NCBI GenBank assembly: GCA_013265495.1
Contig: MU058009.1
Location: forward strand, 2,420,001 to 2,484,000
Source: Vicugna vicugna
Lineage: Eukaryota
DNA length: 64,000 bases
Direction of reading: 5' to 3'
This document shows positions 51,081 to 64,000 of this stretch, piece after piece; within the stretch, counting starts at the first letter, position 1, and the number at the start of each line of letters is the position of its first letter. Below the pieces are notes generated by a model that saw nothing but the letters and a program-made list of their open reading frames with translations, ran no database searches and was not told where the DNA came from. The translations under genes and the position numbers were made by a program.

Positions 51081-53545
51081 ACTCGAGCAATGGACCTGCA
51101 CTTAGCCCTGCAACATGACAGGCCGCTGGCCACCTGAATTCTAACGATGTCTTCAAGGCAGGGCCACAGCCTGGGGGTGGAAGAACTCACGCACCATTTC
51201 AAAAGAGAAAATGCGTCTATCTGATGTCAGGCAGGGAGGTGGGGAGTCAGGGCAGCTCCAGAGAGAATTTGCCAAAACTGCCCTCGGCACATTTTGGGTA
51301 CAATTTCCGCTGTTCCTATGGTACCACAACTACTTCTTCCTTGGATTTAATCACTTTTCAATACTTTAAAAAAAAAACAATAATAAACCTACAAAAGCCT
51401 GAGTGTCCACTTGTAACGTGTTAACCTGGTATACAGCTGTTTGATTCAAAACCGGTTAGGTTATGCTGATAAAAAACAGCCCACAAAGCTGAGCGGCACA
51501 TTCTGTTGACTTCTCATGCCATGTGTTCATCGTGGTGGGTTTGGGGCTCGGCTCATGTCTCCCCACTCTGGGATCCAGGCTGTCGGAGGAACTACCGTGA
51601 TGCGTACGGATAGTGATGAGGGAGAGGCTCGTGTTCTGAGGTCTTGAACTGGCAATTACGTGTCTCAGCCCAGAATTAACACGTCACCTCTACTCAAGAC
51701 TCACAAGACCCCGTCCAGCTACCAGGGGACCAAAAAGTGCAACCATACCACATGTCTAGAAGACAGAGCCAGAAATGAGCAGCATTAAGGAACGTTATCA
51801 CTGCTGCACAAAATGAGGTCGTATTACAAGTAGTCTTTTCCCTCTTGCCTGTCTCCCCCAACACCACCTCGTGGAAAATCTTACGGAACAGCAGGTTGTA
51901 ACAGCGCTAGTTCATTTCTGTTAACGGCTCCACAACACTCCACGGTGAAGGCGACCCCGTGGTGAACACAGGAAGCAAAAAAGGCGCAACTGGAACTAAG
52001 CAGAGGCCCAGGCTGTGACAGCTGCTAGTCTATGTATTTGTATCCTGTCGCCACAAATTCAGGAAAACTGGTTTTAATCCTTCCCCTGCTGTGAATGCCA
52101 AGGCCTCGGTTCCGCTCGTCTTGGGGGTTGTAAAGCCTAAGCACTTGAGGAAGAAAACAAAATTCACTTTTCTTGCTGCTTTTTCTGATCCTCTCGCCCG
52201 TCTACACACACCCCTTCCTTCACTGCTCCTACTCGCCCTGTCTGAAACAGGGAAAACGTCAGATTTACTGAAGAAAAGCCATCGGGGCAAGTTTTATTTG
52301 AAACCACGGGCAAATGGCATTAACTGCGCTTCTCCTCTCCTCTGCACCCTCTCCCCACCCCGCTCCCGGGTACCTCCTTCCCTCGCTCCCCACTCGGCCG
52401 CCTTCTCTTTTTGACACCTGTCTTCCACCTCAAATACCTTAAATGAAAAAAAAGGGAATGTAGATTGGGGGAAATGGCTTAAAACCAGGAGTGAAAGGAA
52501 AGCAGGTGAAACCTCTTACTCAAACGACATTCCTTTTCCAGTGATCTTTCTAGACATGAAATGAAAGGTTGCCCAGACCTCTAGCCTTCCTGGTTTCTAG
52601 CTTTAACTCAAAGTTACTACTTCTCAAAACAATTAACCATCCCTTCACACTCCCATCCTCTCATGTGATATCAAAAGTTAAAGTATTAATAATGAGGGAA
52701 TTTTTCTTTGTGGAAGCACTTTCTAATGTTTTCCTATCTGGGGGTTTTCCTTAGATTGAAATATTTTATAGCGTAAAGGCTACACCTTTCTGTATATTCA
52801 AGGGAGCTCATCCCTTAAACATTTGCTTTTCCCTTTCTATTTGAATGGCAATACCCAAATTATTAAAGGTCTAAATTTTTATCGTCCTAAGTTACTGCCT
52901 TCCTTCTTATTAAAACTGGACTTCATCCTCTTTACATGTTGTATAATGTAGCTAACCTAATAAACTAATCTATTAATTTGTTAATGGAAGAGTTCTACCT
53001 CCTTGCTCCTCTCCTCCATCAAATCAAGGTACTCAGCCTTGCAGTAGTAGCTTCTCCAGATGTACTGCAGGTCCTGGTATCCACTGGTGTGAATTTTAAA
53101 CCAGGTGAAAGGGAAGGGTGAGGCTTGACAAATGGTGTGGACACCACGGAAGCAGACAAGGGACTCTGCCTCTGTTTGGGTTCTGCCTCTCAGAAAAATG
53201 GGGAAGGGCAGGGAGGGTTTGCAGAGCTGGTTTTCCCGCACTTCTGGCCAGGAAAACAAAGGCGTGTAACAGGCTTGATCTTTAGAAAGGGACCTGTGTT
53301 AAACATTAAACGAAATTGGAGATTCGTTAAACGTTGATCAGTAGAGGGTTAAAAAAAAGAGAGAGAGAGAAGAGGTTCTTCCAGTTATGACAGCATGAAG
53401 AGATGCAGTTCCTTCTGTAAAGAAACAAAGCACACACACACCCCTCCCCCTAAATAAGTGTAAAACCAGGCAACATTATCCAAACCAACCACTTCAGGGA
53501 ACTGGAAACTGACCAAAGGTAAACAAGTTGGGAAGCTGTGGTGAC

Positions 53546-54005
53546 TGTTAAACTACTTATAAAATAATATCTTGGAATGCTGGGTGCTGGCTGGTGAGCC
53601 TCAGTTCAACCAAAGCCCACAAGAGAGCTGAAACTGAGTTCACTACTTACAGGTCCTGGAGAAGTACAGAGCATGCCTCGAGGGCCACACGGGGAGGTCA
53701 AGGCAGGGTGCCAGCAGAGAAACAGGCAGGACCAGGTATTCAAGCCTTCATCAGGGTCCACAGATGGAGTGCGTTAGGGTTCCCGGGCAGGCCAGATTGG
53801 GCAATTCAAACCAAAAAGCAGGGTTTTGGTAAGCTTTGCAGGGGTCTTATCCAAGAGGGGAAGGCCTGGGACGTGGAGACTGTTTATCACATTCACTTGG
53901 GACTCTGCAGCCGTATCCAGGGCACGCTCGCAGGAGGGGAGTGTCAATTCAAACACCCTGTAGGTCACCTGCCACACAAAAGGGGACCAAGGCAGTGATA
54001 TTACA
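53546..54005. mobile_element. Probable solo LTR (ERVL-type, MER54/MER74-like)
   Basis: TG...CA-bounded ~460 bp segment with TTACAGGTCCTGGAGAAG...GGGCCACACGGGGAGGTC; family assignment uncertain. Confidence 0.5.
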
Positions 54006-54911
54006 GAGCAGTTCCACTAAATCCTCAACAGAAGCATTTATTCTTGAGAAACTATTAGAACTTCAGGTGAGAATGGTGGGAAACCATGACCTTTTCAGCA
54101 GCACCCTAATAGGGTCCCCCTCACTCAGTCAATGACTTTTATGTAAGGTGGCACGTGCTCTGCTCCCAGGAAACAGACGCAGTTCAGGGCGGTGATGGGG
54201 AGTTGGAAATCCTTGGCTTTCCAGACTAGCATGGACCGAGCACGGACACGCCCTGCTTGTGAGCCTGAGGTCACAGGACCAGCTGGGTGAGCAGCAGACC
54301 AACTGGGAATTTCACAGGGAAAACCAGAGGAGTGAGTCACGGAAGGGCTGAGGCTCCCCTCTCCGCACGCACCTCGGGCTGAATGGCAGGCTCTCATTTT
54401 ACCAAGTTTGAATGACCGTGTTCATTTACACTTAGAGGGCGGCATCAAAACTCTTAATTCTTCAAATTAGGTGAAATACAACAGTGCTTTCATTTGCATA
54501 TCTTTAAGTGAAGTTTATCATCAGTTTGTTATTTTGTGAATTGCACGGCTCATGCTTCGCCCATTCTTCTGTGGTCATTTTCTTATTCATTTGTAAAGGC
54601 TCTTCAATGGACTATCCGCTCATCACAGCTACTGCAAACGTTTTCCCCAAACTGTTCGCCTTCCGGCGTGTTTGATATGTAAAATGCTCATACAGGTGAC
54701 GGTTTTTCCTTTCTAGTTCCCTCCTTATGTTTAGGAAGGCTTTCTACCCTAAGATCATGAAATATTCACCCACCCTCCTTTTCTCATCTATTTTACCCAC
54801 GATTTTAAGGCCTCGGGGCCAGTGGTTCTTGGGCTTGTAACTCACTTAGCAGACAAGATTCCAAAGATGGAACACAGGCTTATTCAATGAGAATGAGGGG
54901 CTCCTTCTTAA

Positions 54912-55229
<318 letters not shown>

Positions 55230-56983
55230 TGATCTGGCCCAGGGCATCTCCCTGTCATACCCAGAGCCTGTAATTCATTTTCTGGACCCTGTGAAATGGA
55301 TGTCTCCACTAGCAGGAATAATAGAACATGGATGTTCGGTTGAGTACTAAATATTTTATCACAGCATCTACTGTGTACCGAGCTGTGTACCAATGACAGT
55401 TACTAGCACCTGACATCACAGTACACTGTGAAAAACTACCAAATAAACTGCATCCTTTACCACAGAAGGATGTAGGTATAATTTGTAGGAACATGACATA
55501 AGTTGTATAAACAGAAGACATACTTCATGAAAAAGATAAAAATAGAAAAAAAAATCAGCGTAAACTCATGCACGAGTTGTAAGTACTAAATGGAGCTTAG
55601 TTTTAGGAAAAACACCTTTCTCCCCCCAGTTGTCCCTCCACCAGAATTGCAGTCATAGTTAACACCCCCTCACATCACGTCCCCCACGCCCACACGCAGG
55701 CACTCAGAGACGGGGAAATCATGCCAGAGGCTGGCGAGAGGCGGTGCAAGGGTGAAAAGGGCCACCGAGCAGAGGGTCAGTCCAGGGGTTTCTCCTCCGC
55801 TGAGCCCCATTCCAACAAAGCCCACCCCCTTCCACTGTCACCTGTCGGCCTCTCCGCCTCACTGGTGGCCCTCAGGGAACAAGCAGTGCCAGCAGCCCAT
55901 CACGCGGGCAGTGAGGGATCTCAGCCTGCAGCGGCATCTGGCCACCTGTCCCCTGTGGCCCACAGTCCCGCTGAGGAACTAAAGCAAGGGCAGTGGCTCC
56001 TCTTGGAGTGAGCAGAGTCCACCGCACCTTCCCATTCACCGGGCACCCGGTTCTCTCTCTGAAGCTGAGACGTGATAGGGCCCAAGTGACTTACATGGTA
56101 AGGACCGCACCGGCCTGGCCTCAGTAAAGCTAGGAAACTACTACTAGACCTCTCTGCCGGGTGGAACTACTACTCATCCAACAATGACCTCCTGGGCTCC
56201 TGCTGCGTGCCCAGGGCTCGCTGTCTCAGTGTCAGGGATGCCGCCGGGGGCCAGGCAGTCCCCGCTCTCGGACGGCTCCTGCTCGCCTGTCACTGGGACA
56301 TCTCCACCAACACTTACAGCCTTGACACGTGAATTCAGGAAGAGGCCGGTTTGGGAACAGGGTCCAGAGTGTCATCACGGAGGATTTATTCTAGGCTCCA
56401 AGAACACTTTAGGCACCGGATGAGAGACCAGTCTCCTGCTTCCAAGAGAGGTGATGAAGGTAGAAGGAGTAAGAAGTGAGCGAGGCCCCGTGGCTCTGCT
56501 GCGCCTGTGTCCCGAGCTTCAGTGAGGCCAGAAACACTGGGGTAACAGCCCTGTTCTCCCGGCGTCTGGGAGACCCGGCGTGGTGGGAAGGACCCCCACC
56601 TCCAAGCCCGTAGGAAGCGAACACACCTGGGAGCAAGGGTCTGTCCACCACCAGTGTGTCTCATGGGGTCCTTTCATTTTAAACCGAGTTGCTTCCTTCC
56701 AGATCTTTCAGGGCTCACTTGGCAGGGGAACCCACAGGTGGCTATCACCCAAACTCTCACTTAAGTGACAGTGTCCTTCTGTCATCTCAGCTGCTGGACA
56801 AACATCCCGGGGACCCATGTGGCTACGTTTCTATCGCTGCTCCTACCCCCACTCCTCCCCTAAAGGAACCACAACAAAGGCAACACGGCCCTACGGGTTC
56901 TCCAGCAAACACTTATTTTGTACTGAAATGGCTGCATCTGAGGCAGCAAAGCAGGTCCCCGGAATCGCAGCCCCCATGCATGA

Positions 56984-57346
<363 letters not shown>

Positions 57347-57971
57347 TAATTTAATAAACTTCCCCAGAAAATCCCAATCCTTGAGCTTCAGAAACCTGCA
57401 CAGGACCCGGTCCTGTGCTGTGGATGGTTCAGACGACACATCCCCTAAAGCAGCACATGAAAGCACGAGGCTTTTAGCCCGAGCTCCAGCTGACAGCACA
57501 CAAACGCCTCACCCCTCACGGGAGACTTGGGGTGCCCACCTGGTTAGGGGAGAGACTGCCCCCACCCCACCCTGGGTATGACTGTCTGGACTCCGTCACA
57601 CGTCCCAGGAAGCCTGCCCGGCAGCTAGGACAGACCTCCCAGCGTGACTCATGTTAGCTAGGCTAAAAGGAGCATTCTGTACTCCAGCCACCTTATTTAC
57701 ATCTGTACCTCAGGAAGCGGTGAAAAAAGGTTGAAATGAGGATGAGACTGAACTGAAAGTACACACACATGAGAACTGTCACACATCAGCAACGTGTCTC
57801 ACCAGCCCATCACACAGAACCTACCACGGATTCTGTAAAGAGATACAAGACACATCCTTCGCTGCTCACACCTGCTCTCACACGAGGCACACGCTCATGC
57901 AATGAATTTAACTGCATCAGCTTGCTGCTCCAGTGTTACATAAAGTGATTCCTTAGGGGTGGAAAATCTAA

Positions 57972-58283
<312 letters not shown>

Positions 58284-58615
58284 TGAAGCAGCCTCACCGA
58301 GTGTGTCCAGGAGACGCAGCACTAGGTGCCACGCGGAGGGGTCAGAAGCCGCTGCCCTGCCTGCGCCCACCCCTGACCTGCGTGGCCTCTCCCATTAACA
58401 TCCTGCTGCTGGCGCTGTGCCTCCGGAGCACGCACAGCCAGCAGGCAGGGGACCGCCCCGTCTGCTCTCCCCAGGGGAGGGACTGACGCCACTTACAGGC
58501 TCCACTTGCCAAACTTCACAATAGACAAGAGCTCTGATACTGTTTTAAGTAAGGCTACACTGAACTCAGGATTAACTTAGAAACATTTCCTGTGCAAGAG
58601 GCCTTCTGATACTAA

Positions 58616-58948
<333 letters not shown>

Positions 58949-59785
58949 TGACCTGCCTTTCACAACCAAGCAGTGCTAACTTCCACCTCTCAGTGAGCGC
59001 CAAGTCCTGTGCAAGGTACTCTACGCCTGCGAACAAGGGTGACAGGGCTTGGGAAGTTAAAGGGCCTGTCTGGTCACAGCGGTGTGATGGGAGACACTCT
59101 GAATAGGCACTGGTCCTGGATCGCAGTGCCTGCTGTCCCTAGTTCATTCCGAGCCCATCCCACCATTTCTTGGTTTGCCTGACTTTCACGGACATGCAGT
59201 CAGCAGATAAACGCCGGGGCAGCAAGCGCTCTCCGAGCGCTCCCAGGGCTTGCCAGAGCAGACAGTGATTCCCAGGCACGGACCGTGTCCCTGCGATGCG
59301 GTCAGCATGTGATGCATATTAAATTACCCCACATGACGCTCACCTGATGAAGCGTGCACGTGATGTGTAGAGATGGGGAAACCAAGGCTTGGAAAGACTG
59401 AAGCATGGGATCAGGGCGGCCCAGGGAGTAAGCGCAGAGCCCAAGACAGGGAGCAAGCGCAGAGCCCGAGACTGCAACCGCGTTCCAGGCTCTCAGCCCC
59501 GGCTCGCTGAGCTCTGTGTCATCAGAGCCGCCCCCTGCTCCCTCCTAGTCCCTGACTTCCCTACTGAAGGCAGACACTTCACCCAGAGAGTTCCACGGGG
59601 ACCAAACAGAAGGGAAGCGAGCTCATGGTTTCCTTTTGGTCCACTGCCTGGTCTGTGAAACAAACCGCGGACAAGAGACCTGAGCTTAGTCTCAGTTACG
59701 ACACTAACCGTTAAATAGTATCGATCATGAGTTCTTTTATCCACCAAAGAATACTGTCTGGGAAGTCAGGCATGTGGACAAGTAA

Positions 59786-60022
<237 letters not shown>

Positions 60023-60472
60023 AGGTGGCCGGTCACCCATCGGCCAGTGGAGGATGGATGTGTCCCCTGCACGCCCACAGCTGGCGGTCAACCGTGTGGC
60101 TCACCTCCTCCACTTCAGTCCTCACTGTGGTCCTCTCAGGATCTGTATATTTGCACCTCCTCATCTAACCGACTAAAATCTGGTTGGTGTGGTATCCTTT
60201 GTAAAGAAAACTGAAGCAAGCCTTTAACTGCATCTCAGTGTGAAGAGAAATCGGACCGTGAAAGTTTCTGAACAGGAAGTGACCTTCTGGATGATTTCAG
60301 GATATGCATCCAGCAGAACTTACTGCTTTTAATAATTTAGCCCTTTTCCTCTCCAGAAATCGAGTACTTTCAGAAAGTAAATGACTGACAGAGTTTATTT
60401 TAGACATTTAATTCCAGTATGTATTTTTTGAAGTAAAATAATTCATATGCTTTGGTGTTTTAAATATTACTT

Positions 60473-60478
60473 ATTAAA
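60473..60478 (+). terminator. TMEM45B: Candidate polyadenylation signal ATTAAA for TMEM45B
   Basis: First common poly(A) hexamer I found after the stop, in an AU-rich 3'UTR. A second ATTAAA lies at 60848-60853. Which one is used is unknown. Confidence 0.4.
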
Positions 60479-63342
60479 CATCTTCAAAATAATCAACATT
60501 CCAGAGTCATGCAGTACCACTCACTGCCGATAAATAACAAACTTGGGCCAAAGGTGATTTTTTTTAATCAGGAAGCTAGTTAGTGGCCCAGCTGAGAGCT
60601 GGAACTCAGACGGTCTGACTCCTCAGAAGTACCCTAATAGGATTTCCTAAGAGGAAATCCCTGTAATGAGGTAGAGAGAAAAGCGTCACGTTATGGAACG
60701 CCCTGAATTTAGCTGAAAGCAAAGGATAAGAACCCTGTGAAGGACGTGAATCTTGAATGAGTAACACAAAGTCTTGATGCTCGAGTCTTGGTTCTGGATC
60801 TGTTCTTTTTTTTTTTTTTTTTTTTTAACTTCTTTCAACAAATACTTATTAAACATCTGCTTTGTACCAGTACTGAAATGGTCGTACGGATTAACGAAAT
60901 ACGTGTCCAGCAAGGATTCGGTCTAAAGGGAGAGGTACAAGCAGTCTCGGGCAGGGTGACTGGTGCCCTCAGGCATAAGGACAACAGCCATGGGAGATGA
61001 GCAGGGAGAAACGGGGAGTCTGCCCTACAGGAAAATCACATCCCAGGCCCAGAAGCCCGCACGCACGGAGACAACGAGAGCACAAAGGAACCCGGGGAGT
61101 TCAAGTCCCAGAAACCGGCAGGAGTGGGTCGGGACACAGCGGAGAGGGCATCTGGACCGGCAGTGCCGCTCACCTGCACAGCACCTCTCAGACTCTGAAA
61201 CGTGCTGAAGCTCATGTGATTCTCACGACCACCTGCACCGCAGGTACGCCAGGCACTTCGGAGAACCGGCTCAGCCCGGGGTCACACACCTACCTGCTCA
61301 GCCCTCAAGCCAGTCCTTGGGAGGACTCAAAGCCAACTCCTCTCGCCATTCCCTCTGCCACCTAACCCAATGCAGCACAGACCATCTGTGCGAAACACTC
61401 ATGCTCTTGGGAAGAAGAAATGCTGTACGTGCAAGAAAGGCAACCTCCCACGGACCGCCACCACCCCAGAGCTGAAGGCACATCTCAGGGGTTAAGAATG
61501 AGCTACTTGGAAACACTGACTGAATTATGAGGAGAGCCTGGGGGTCCCGTTTCAGGACCCACTTTGCTTTGCCTGCTGAGTGGGACCCAAGCCTTCACTC
61601 AGCAAGTTCTGGACAATCTATTGTTGGCACCTGGTATAAAACATGCTCTTTCCTTAAGACCAGAGGTGGGAAGAAGGAAGCTATTCCCAGTTTCACTCTC
61701 ACAGAAAGGTCTCCATTTTAAACTTCAAAAGTGAGGGTGGGGGAATCTTTAAGGAAATGTAGCATGCTCTCCAGAGTAGGGCGCTGAGGTGTGAAGATCA
61801 GATACGAAGGATTAAAATCTGTTTTGCTGCTCCTCCCACGCCAGGGTCTGAGACACCTTCATGGAAGTGATCAGCCCATATAAACATTCTCAGCTGCAGC
61901 AGTAAAGCACAAACGCATCACAATGCCACTCACCAAACCTAGCGTCAGAAGCACGGTCTGTGTAATCTTGCCAGCCTGCGAGCCTCTCAACCAAGTTCTT
62001 CTGGACTTGTTCCCTCAAAACACCCACGACAGCTACCACGTCTCTACAAGAACCCTGAGGTCTGTGTCCAAGGCACCATGACTGATGCAAATGCCGGTGA
62101 CCTCATTTGAGCAGCTCCAACGGGGGGGCACTGTTGCATGGTACCCAATGGCAGGCTGGGCACGAAGTACCAGATCACACTTACCTGGGCGTCAATCCTA
62201 CACTGGCGTCCTGAAACATACCTGTTTGCTAGGATGTAAATAAATGTCTGTGGGCACCAAGGAGACAGGTAATCAGGTGACTTTAGCAAATAAACGTGTG
62301 GGGTAGGGTTGAGGCTGAACAAATTACGCAATCATTTGTTAAGTAAATTTAGAAGGGGTTTGTTTTAACCAGCAGTAAATACCAGAGACAGGATCCCTCA
62401 AATTTCTACCTTTTTCTCATTTGGAAACCGTCACACAGGACTGTCACGTGAACTGTGGCTCCTGGAAGTAACGCCATGCAAACACCCCAGTTATCATAAA
62501 ACACAGACACCGCCCCTCTCCTCAGGTGGAAGACCAGCCTCCTTCCATCCCTGCACTCTCCTCCTCTCCCCACCACCAATCTTACCCACCTCGACTACCC
62601 ATCAAAAGCTCCATCCGACCTCAGCCAATTCACCTCTGCTCTCTGTAAGCCAGCCTCACCACCCCCAGCTCTGGACAGTCCCGTGTCACCAGGACACACC
62701 ACAGCCATCCTTCCCACTGGAAGGCAGCAGCAGGTCACCTGACTTACAACCAGAAGACTGCACTTTCACCTTGGTTCCCTTTAACTTCAGCTCAGACCCG
62801 CATCTTCCCAGTTAAAACAGGGATGATAATGTCCATTTCACAGAACTGCTGTAAGAATCAAACTTCAGTAAGACCACTGCGTATCCAACAGGCCACTCTA
62901 ACCTTGTCCGCACGTCTGCAACTTGCCTAATCGCTCACCTTCCACCCAGGAATCCCCTCCTCTAAACAAGGCCATTCTAATCCTTCACCCTCTAGCTCCA
63001 CTTTCTCAGCCAGACCCCATTAAAGATCATCGCTAAGTTTCCATGGCTTAGAAACACGTTTTTAATCTGGACACTTTCAGGAGAGCAGAAAAGCCCTGTC
63101 ACTGCAGAAAAGCTTTACCATCCAACACCTGCTCCAACACAAAAGAGGCGTTGATTATTATCAACAATCAGTGCTTTTAATTACATTTTAAAATACCGTC
63201 CTGAGCTCTGCCTATAGCTTGATGGAGCCTGAGAAGTGTGGAGGAGCCGGGATCACATAACTGTACCCCGACACCTGCCTCCCGCGTGGCCAGGTCTACC
63301 TCGTGGCCACAACACTCCTCTCCTGCCGCCTCCACTCTGGAG

Positions 63343-63541
63343 CAGAGTTTCACTTAACAGTCACAGAAGAAAAATTTCAGGCTTGAGGCCACAGTCTCTA
63401 TGATAACTACTCAGGTCTGCCTTCTAACCGAAAGCAGCCATAGATACTCATAAATGAATGGGCATGGGCTGTGTTCCAATAAAACTTTATTTACAAAAAA
63501 AACAGGTAGCCAGCCCCAGGGGAACGGTTTGTTGACTTTAG
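63343..63541. mobile_element. hAT-Charlie MITE (MER58A-like)
   Basis: AAAGCAGCCATAGA...GGCTGTGTTCCAATAAAACTTTATTTACAAAAA; perfect 8-bp hAT TSD CTCTGGAG (63335-63342, 63542-63549). Confidence 0.88.
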
Positions 63542-64000
63542 CTCTGGAGCAAAGCAAAACGTATTGTCTCCAAACCGCAGCCAAGCTTTTGCTGCAGCCT
63601 CCCTGTGGGCAGTCCCTGCGGGCGTCCGCCCGCTCTGTCCACTGGCCCTGGCCCTGCACGGGAGCGGGCCTGAGGAGGGCAGTCAGCAGGCGCAGGTCCT
63701 GACCACCATCAAGATCCTGACACCTCGCCTGTAAGGTCGCGCCAACTCATCGCGCTTCAGGGACACACACCATCCACGTCCTTCGTTCCTTTCCCCTCTT
63801 CCTGCCCCCCGTTACCGTGAGTCATCAAGTCAGCCACCAACTTACTAAGCACCTTGATTTTCTCTCATTCTGGTCAAAAGAGTAAGTAATCGGTTGGGGT
63901 GGGGTCAGGAGCGCCAAGCTGAAGCCCAAGTTTCTACTCAATAAACATGTACAACAGGGTCTGTAAAAAATAAGTTACATGAAAACATCCGGACACAAAA

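Noticed and set aside
60468..60856. Repeated TACTTATTAAACATCT at about 60468 and 60843
   Set aside because: Short and AT-rich; the second copy sits in an L2-like 3' end, so it is probably coincidental.
61800..64000. Possible 3' end of the neighbouring gene (NFRKB lies tail-to-tail with TMEM45B in human, from memory) and a minus-strand donor-like CACTTACCT near 62178
   Set aside because: No coding exon or clear minus-strand gene end could be supported within the window.

Overview
Mammalian genomic DNA, most likely a camelid (camel, alpaca or llama), judged from four copies of a tRNA-Ala-derived SINE resembling the camelid Vic-1 family. The one protein-coding gene I can support is an intact TMEM45B on the + strand. 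It has a CpG-island promoter with a probable non-coding exon 1 (donor at 34559), a ~20.5 kb intron 1, and five coding exons (55038-55218, 57051-57257, 58060-58244, 58730-58875, 59911-60022). These total 831 nt, or 276 aa plus stop, with GT-AG introns and consistent phases. The rest is mostly interspersed repeats (L1, L2, MIR, hAT/Tigger DNA transposons, ERVL/MaLR LTRs), several with visible target-site duplications (TSDs). Repeat family names and reference motifs are recalled from memory, not searched, and most repeat boundaries are approximate. Two structures stand out. (1) A TSD-flanked 1.5 kb L1 copy in intron 1 has its 5'UTR joined directly to a short ORF2 segment and ends at an internal A-rich tract, as expected of a spliced or prematurely polyadenylated L1 RNA. 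(2) A ~2.1 kb internally deleted ERVL-like provirus retains protease and RT remnants between two ~77% identical direct repeats. I found no evidence of a new multi-gene system.
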